In this document: piece by piece, positions 28,501-32,115 of the stretch
Layout: every line of letters starts with the position of its first letter
Position numbering within the stretch: position 1 is the first letter of the stretch
DNA from: Coleofasciculus chthonoplastes F2-STO-03
Lineage (GTDB): Bacteria; Cyanobacteriota; Cyanobacteriia; Cyanobacteriales; Coleofasciculaceae
Length of the DNA stretch: 32,115 bases
Direction of reading: 5' to 3'
NCBI GenBank assembly: GCA_040222015.1
Contig: JAVJWO010000048.1
Coordinates: forward strand, 1 to 32,115
Position numbers and translations under genes: made by a program
The notes under the pieces: generated by a model
Told to the model about the DNA's origin: nothing
The model's input: only the letters and a program-made list of their open reading frames with translations
Database searches by the model: none

Positions 28501-31135
28501 TAATAATATCACCAGCCGCGTCAAGTGCGATCGCACCTCCTTTACCATTATCTGACAATGTGGATAAATTACCCGCACTGGTGTCAATACTTCCATCGCG
28601 GCTAGTTAAATTAATCTCACCACCTGCCAAGATACCGGAAGAATTAATCTTCCCCATCAAGATATCGCCAGCAATATTGAGGTTGATAGAACCTCCTGTA
28701 CCATTACCAGGACTACACTGATCATCTGGGCTAGAACAGGAAAGTATTCCACCTATAGTATTGTTAAAGGGATCTTTTTTACTATTATCAACTGTACCGC
28801 CAACAGTAAGATTGATATCACCTCCATTGACAGAACCAAATGTTGATATATCATCAAATGTTAAGTTACCACCAGCCTCAATCCTGATCGTGCCACCATT
28901 ACCACTTTGAGAAGTTGAGCTGATATCAGTGAATTGAATATCTCCACCCGATTCCAGAGTAATATTACCACCGTTACCATTGGGAGCGCTGGAGTTAGCG
29001 GAAATCACATCAGCAACATTAATAGAGCCAGTTTCACTGGTGATAGTAATCGAACCACCGTCAACTGCAGTATTGGCGTTTGCTCCAATTCCTGTCGCAA
29101 TTACTCGAATTGAAATGTCATTTTTGGCCCTGATAGTAACATTCCCAGGATTCTGAGTACCATTAGTAGCACTTATCACGGCTTCACCAGCATTAATCCC
29201 TCCCTCCTCACTGATGAATGTAACGTTACCACTATTGCCCCTAGATTCTACTCCTTCTATTCCCCCAGAGAAAGTTTCTACGCAAAATGCTGTGCTTGTA
29301 CAATTAATTGAAATATCGCCTTTAGCCGTAAAAGTAATATCACTAGCATTTTGGGGAGACCAAGACCTGAGAACGTCTCCTGTTAAAGTAATGCTACCAC
29401 CTGCGGTTAGGCTAATTTCACCACCATCACCATTTAGGCTGGCTGCTATAGTAGAAATCCTACCTGTGGAAATGTCACCTCCAGCCTCTAATGTTACGGA
29501 ACCTCCATCACCAGCTACGTTGTCTGTTCTCAGCCCTGCTGTCTGAATGTTGCCTGTAGCATTTAAAATGACCGTAACACCATTTCTATCTGCACCTGGA
29601 CTATTAATATTACCGATCTGAATGCTTCCTGGAGGTAGGAATGATGGATTTCCAGGTGGGTCAAAATTTGTTCCTCCTGCTGATGTCGGTACATTAGGAG
29701 CATAAAGCAAGGTATCTAATCCAGCCCTTAAAATCAGCGCTGGACTATTTCGTAAAATTTCCACATCTGGATCATTAGGATTTGGAGCTAACCCAATATC
29801 TGGATTATTGATTACTATCTCGCCCCCAATAATACTTCCAGTTGCTTCTATCTTGAGAGAAGCTCCGGTGTAATCACCGAATTCCACATCTCCATTAGCA
29901 CTAATAATTGGGTCATTGATACTTCTAAACGTTCCAGGTTCTCCAGCTAAATTAAGTATTGAAAAGCCACCCCCACTAGCAAAGTGAGCATCGCCAGAAA
30001 TAATTCCATCACTGACTAAACTCATATTTCCGCCACTCACAAACGGGGTTTCTGGATGATTCAGCGCCAGAATATCAATTCCATTATTCCCCTGAATATA
30101 AAGATTTCCTCCGGCTTGGGCTAAAAAAGGACTGGTTTGGTTATCTCTTACCCATACCGTACCCTGCGCCAACAGATTTAAATCCCCGGTTGTTACCAAA
30201 GAAGGTGCAACGCCTTCCCCAACCGGAACTAAGGTTATATCCCCTTCAGCCGATAACGTTGCTGTGTATGCTGTTACCTGATTAACGACAATATCTCCAG
30301 CCTCTGCTTCCACATCAGCCGCCGTGATTCCCGTCGCTTCAACCACACCGCCATTCGTCAACAATTCCGGTAACATTAACGGTTCAATCGCCAACAAATT
30401 CCCCTGATTATCCGTCGGTAATTCAACCTCCAAACTCAGCAGTTGTCCCTCCTGACTCAACCGTACCCGACTCGTTCCCGGTACAGTCATCACCGAAATA
30501 TTACCCTCTGGTGCTGTCAAACTCCCCGTACTCAGCACCCCACCACCAATCAGCGAAAGATTCTGTCCCTGAGATACCTCTAAATCACCCGCATTAATAA
30601 TCGCTCCGGGCTGCAACGTCTCAAACCTAAATCCATTCGGATTCCCGACTAAATTGCTGTAACTATTGCTACCAAACGCCTCAAACCATCCCCCCTCAAA
30701 ACCAATCCCCGTCGCCGTGGTTGCGGTAAAATCACCCGTAACATTCAGCCGAGCATTTTCACCAAAAATAATCCCCGCCGGATTCATTAAAAATAGATTC
30801 GATTGTCCTCCGGTTACCTGAATCAACCCATTAATCAGCGACGGTTCACCATTCACCACCCGCCCTAAAATAGTCTGAATCTCTGGATTGGACAAAAAAT
30901 TAGCAATTTGGTTTGTATCGAGTCCAAACTGCTCAAAACTATGAAACAGATTCACCCCATCTCCGGAAACTGTACCCCCTTGGATATCGTAGCGGTTTCC
31001 CTCAGAAGTAACGGTGGTTCCTGTACCATCGGCGGCGGGAGTAATGGGTTGGGAGTAAGCAGGGGATTGAATAAACGTAACGGTTAATGCCAATCCTGCC
31101 AACAGCCGCCCCTGTCCTTGAGTAAAAATATTCAT
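25559..31135 (-). CDS. Filamentous haemagglutinin-family exoprotein with C-terminal CHAT (caspase-like) domain
   Basis: Signal peptide, NLFHSFEQF and NLFLMNPAGIIFG secretion domain, GGxIxL repeats, IIHLATHG, LLVLSACRTA, HPYFWSAF. Confidence 0.95.
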   Translation of the reverse strand: MNIFTQGQGRLLAGLALTVTFIQSPAYSQPITPAADGTGTTVTSEGNRYDIQGGTVSGDGVNLFHSFEQFGLDTNQIANFLSNPEIQTILGRVVNGEPSLINGLIQVTGGQSNLFLMNPAGIIFGENARLNVTGDFTATTATGIGFEGGWFEAFGSNSYSNLVGNPNGFRFETLQPGAIINAGDLEVSQGQNLSLIGGGVLSTGSLTAPEGNISVMTVPGTSRVRLSQEGQLLSLEVELPTDNQGNLLAIEPLMLPELLTNGGVVEATGITAADVEAEAGDIVVNQVTAYTATLSAEGDITLVPVGEGVAPSLVTTGDLNLLAQGTVWVRDNQTSPFLAQAGGNLYIQGNNGIDILALNHPETPFVSGGNMSLVSDGIISGDAHFASGGGFSILNLAGEPGTFRSINDPIISANGDVEFGDYTGASLKIEATGSIIGGEIVINNPDIGLAPNPNDPDVEILRNSPALILRAGLDTLLYAPNVPTSAGGTNFDPPGNPSFLPPGSIQIGNINSPGADRNGVTVILNATGNIQTAGLRTDNVAGDGGSVTLEAGGDISTGRISTIAASLNGDGGEISLTAGGSITLTGDVLRSWSPQNASDITFTAKGDISINCTSTAFCVETFSGGIEGVESRGNSGNVTFISEEGGINAGEAVISATNGTQNPGNVTIRAKNDISIRVIATGIGANANTAVDGGSITITSETGSINVADVISANSSAPNGNGGNITLESGGDIQFTDISSTSQSGNGGTIRIEAGGNLTFDDISTFGSVNGGDINLTVGGTVDNSKKDPFNNTIGGILSCSSPDDQCSPGNGTGGSINLNIAGDILMGKINSSGILAGGEINLTSRDGSIDTSAGNLSTLSDNGKGGAIALDAAGDIITADLLSNGAEGSGKITITTSAGVINTSAGTLSTASGSQSGAVSLEASDDIITGNINSFGELGGGDIDLISNSGSINATGGLLDTSSVDGQSGNITLEASAGSITLNTVKAGLAATDTGTGSGGNITFKAGGDIIAEADIFAGVSFGEGFGGNITITSSNGSIDTSAGTLNSSSENGTSGAIVLDAADEINASEIDSSSTNGSGGKIDLSAGNQITISDAIRFGSTDKGGDSLTLNTSGEITLPETLSIGGADIIAGNINPLGNLVFSSDESINTEGGSLSLTFADGFNVNNAISTTGGNFSLTGRGAIALQSPIDTDGGTITITGNTINAIAATLDSSSTTGAGGNISLMAENNLLAGTLNAASTTSSGGNISLESQTGAVESGDLIATGEIAGGDVTITARDRIITGKIDTSSISGNGGNVNLDPENEIEVVSINAQGGTDGTGGTVDITTEQFFRATGTFTDQNGITASISTAGGAGDGSITIRHDGGARETFFYVGDAAINGTAGTLTTGSDNSIFSLRIFPGSYTQGAISIITSQDFAQFLQELLPDADPPSSLTVTLENRGFPLEELFTREFEKYLGIFNPAINTLGQIRITLSNIESATGQKPALIYTVFYPTRLTPDSGSLTNPIPQDNDQLQLVVVTPTGEPIFMPIPGATRANVLAEAQKLRRAITNPITRSTNRYLAPAQQLYQWIIAPIEDQLQTQGIQNLSFIMDGGLRSIPLLALHDGEQFLIEKYSAGLMPSISLTDTRYRDINDFQVLAMGASEFTDANPLKAVPVELATITQKLWQGESFLNQDFTLENLKQERQLQPFGIIHLATHGEFKSGHPENSYIQLWDTKLRLDQLRELKLYEPTVELLVLSACRTAVGDEDAELGFAGLAVQAGVKSALGSLWYVSDEATLGLMTEFYRQLETAPIKSEALRQAQVLMIRGEVRLEDGKLLGSGESITLPPELAEIGDKDLSHPYFWSAFTMIGSPW

Positions 31136-31231
31136 GGGGCAAAAGCAGATGCATATCTAAGAGTATTTAAGCATAAATATTTAGCGGCTGTAAATAGATT
31201 GCGTCTTTTCACCGTAGGTTGGGTTGACATT

Positions 31232-31458
31232 GGTGTCAACTTAAGATCAACCCCTCACCCCCAGCCCCTCTCCCACGCCAGCCCTCACCCCCAGCCCCTC
31301 TCCCAAGCTTGGGAGAGGGGAGCAAGAGGGGAGCAAGAGGGGAGCAAGAGCATCCGATCCCCCTTCTCCCGTGCAAAAAACGCGAAGCATCCTTAGTCCT
31401 CCCCCCTCTTGTAGGGGGGAACGAGGGGGGTGGGAGAAGGGGTTAGGGGATGAGGGGG
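31232..31458. repeat. Composite GC-rich dispersed repeat, most complete copy
   Basis: Matches 18010-18176 and the split halves at 13733-13800 and 14400-14449. Confidence 0.88.
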
Positions 31459-31654
31459 AAAATGTACAGTTCTAGTCTAGTTGAGAGTAACCAAAGAGCG
31501 ATATTGACATATCTTAGGTTCAATGGTGGTGAAACAAGCATTTTGGGATCACCGAAATCTTTGATATACCGTAGTAGGCTGGGTTCGTAGTAGGCACGAA
31601 GCGTGCCAGAAGTGAAGACAGCACTTACTACAAACTCTAAAGTGCCATTTGTCT

Positions 31655-31757
31655 TAAGCTGTCACGCATTTAAATTGGGAATGGGTAGCGAGCAAGATGC
31701 TCGCACTACAACGATTTTGCCATTCTTGACATTATGGTTTAAATGCCGAACAGCTTA
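31655..31757. mobile_element. 103-bp MITE, copy 2 (inverted)
   Basis: Reverse-complement homologue of 15258-15360. Confidence 0.85.
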
Positions 31758-31793
31758 ATTCAATGCCATTCTTATGAGGTTGGAATTTCCCCT

Positions 31794-32115
31794 TCAAACG
31801 TCAGAAATCGCATCGGCTGGCGACACTCCACTCTTGACAGCGATGATACCAGGGAGGTATTCATCCATCATTTTCACATTGGTGTAAACCAACTGTTTGA
31901 TGGTGTCTGAATCAAGAGAGTGATTTTTGACATTGGTGCTAGTCTTGTAACGAATCTCCCCATCATCGAAATTTAACTCAAAATTGCCGATAATCATGCC
32001 ATAGTTGGCTCTCGATAGAAACTCTCCTACAGCTCGGCGCTTAGACTTGGGAATTTTAATCGGGCATAAGCAGTAAAAGATAAACTGCTGCTGTGATTCT
32101 AGCGCTTGAGCATAA
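31794..32115 (-). CDS. YbjN domain protein (5' end outside the window)
   Basis: YAQALESQQQFIFYCLCP..VGEFLSRANYGMIIGNFELNFDDGEIRYKTS. Confidence 0.88.
   Translation of the reverse strand, partial: YAQALESQQQFIFYCLCPIKIPKSKRRAVGEFLSRANYGMIIGNFELNFDDGEIRYKTSTNVKNHSLDSDTIKQLVYTNVKMMDEYLPGIIAVKSGVSPADAISDV

Noticed and set aside
26454..29546. Several plus-strand ORFs up to 153 aa
   Set aside because: Antisense shadows of the repetitive haemagglutinin gene. The same applies to the shadows over Uma2, the kinases and speE

Overview
Chromosomal window from a cyanobacterium, probably filamentous (inferred from more than 20 HIP1 GCGATCGC octamers, heptamer tandem repeats, and psbN/psbH/psb30). The housekeeping backbone is rpoZ, psbN, psbH, tatA, an OmpR-family regulator, a CPP1-like protein, hppD, an SDR, DoxX, an FMN reductase, recJ, psb30 and a YkgJ protein. 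Accessory content includes two atypical tandem Ser/Thr kinases (one fused to an AT-rich pilin-like domain), an XRE switch, Uma2 genes and a 1858-aa haemagglutinin-CHAT exoprotein. Intergenic space is dense with IS200/IS605 remnants, MITEs, GTAG-type REPs and pseudogene fragments. Three items stand out. (1) A protein-less IscB-type element with a HEARO-like omegaRNA sits in the psbN 5' UTR. (2) A tnpB-less mini-element joins a promoter directly to a TnpB-type omegaRNA. (3) A four-gene membrane operon encodes a membrane-anchored aminopropyltransferase, a DUF4178 protein and a small peptide ending RGGGPSAGK, which may be an uncharacterised envelope polyamine-modification system. All family calls come from reading motifs by eye; no searches were run.
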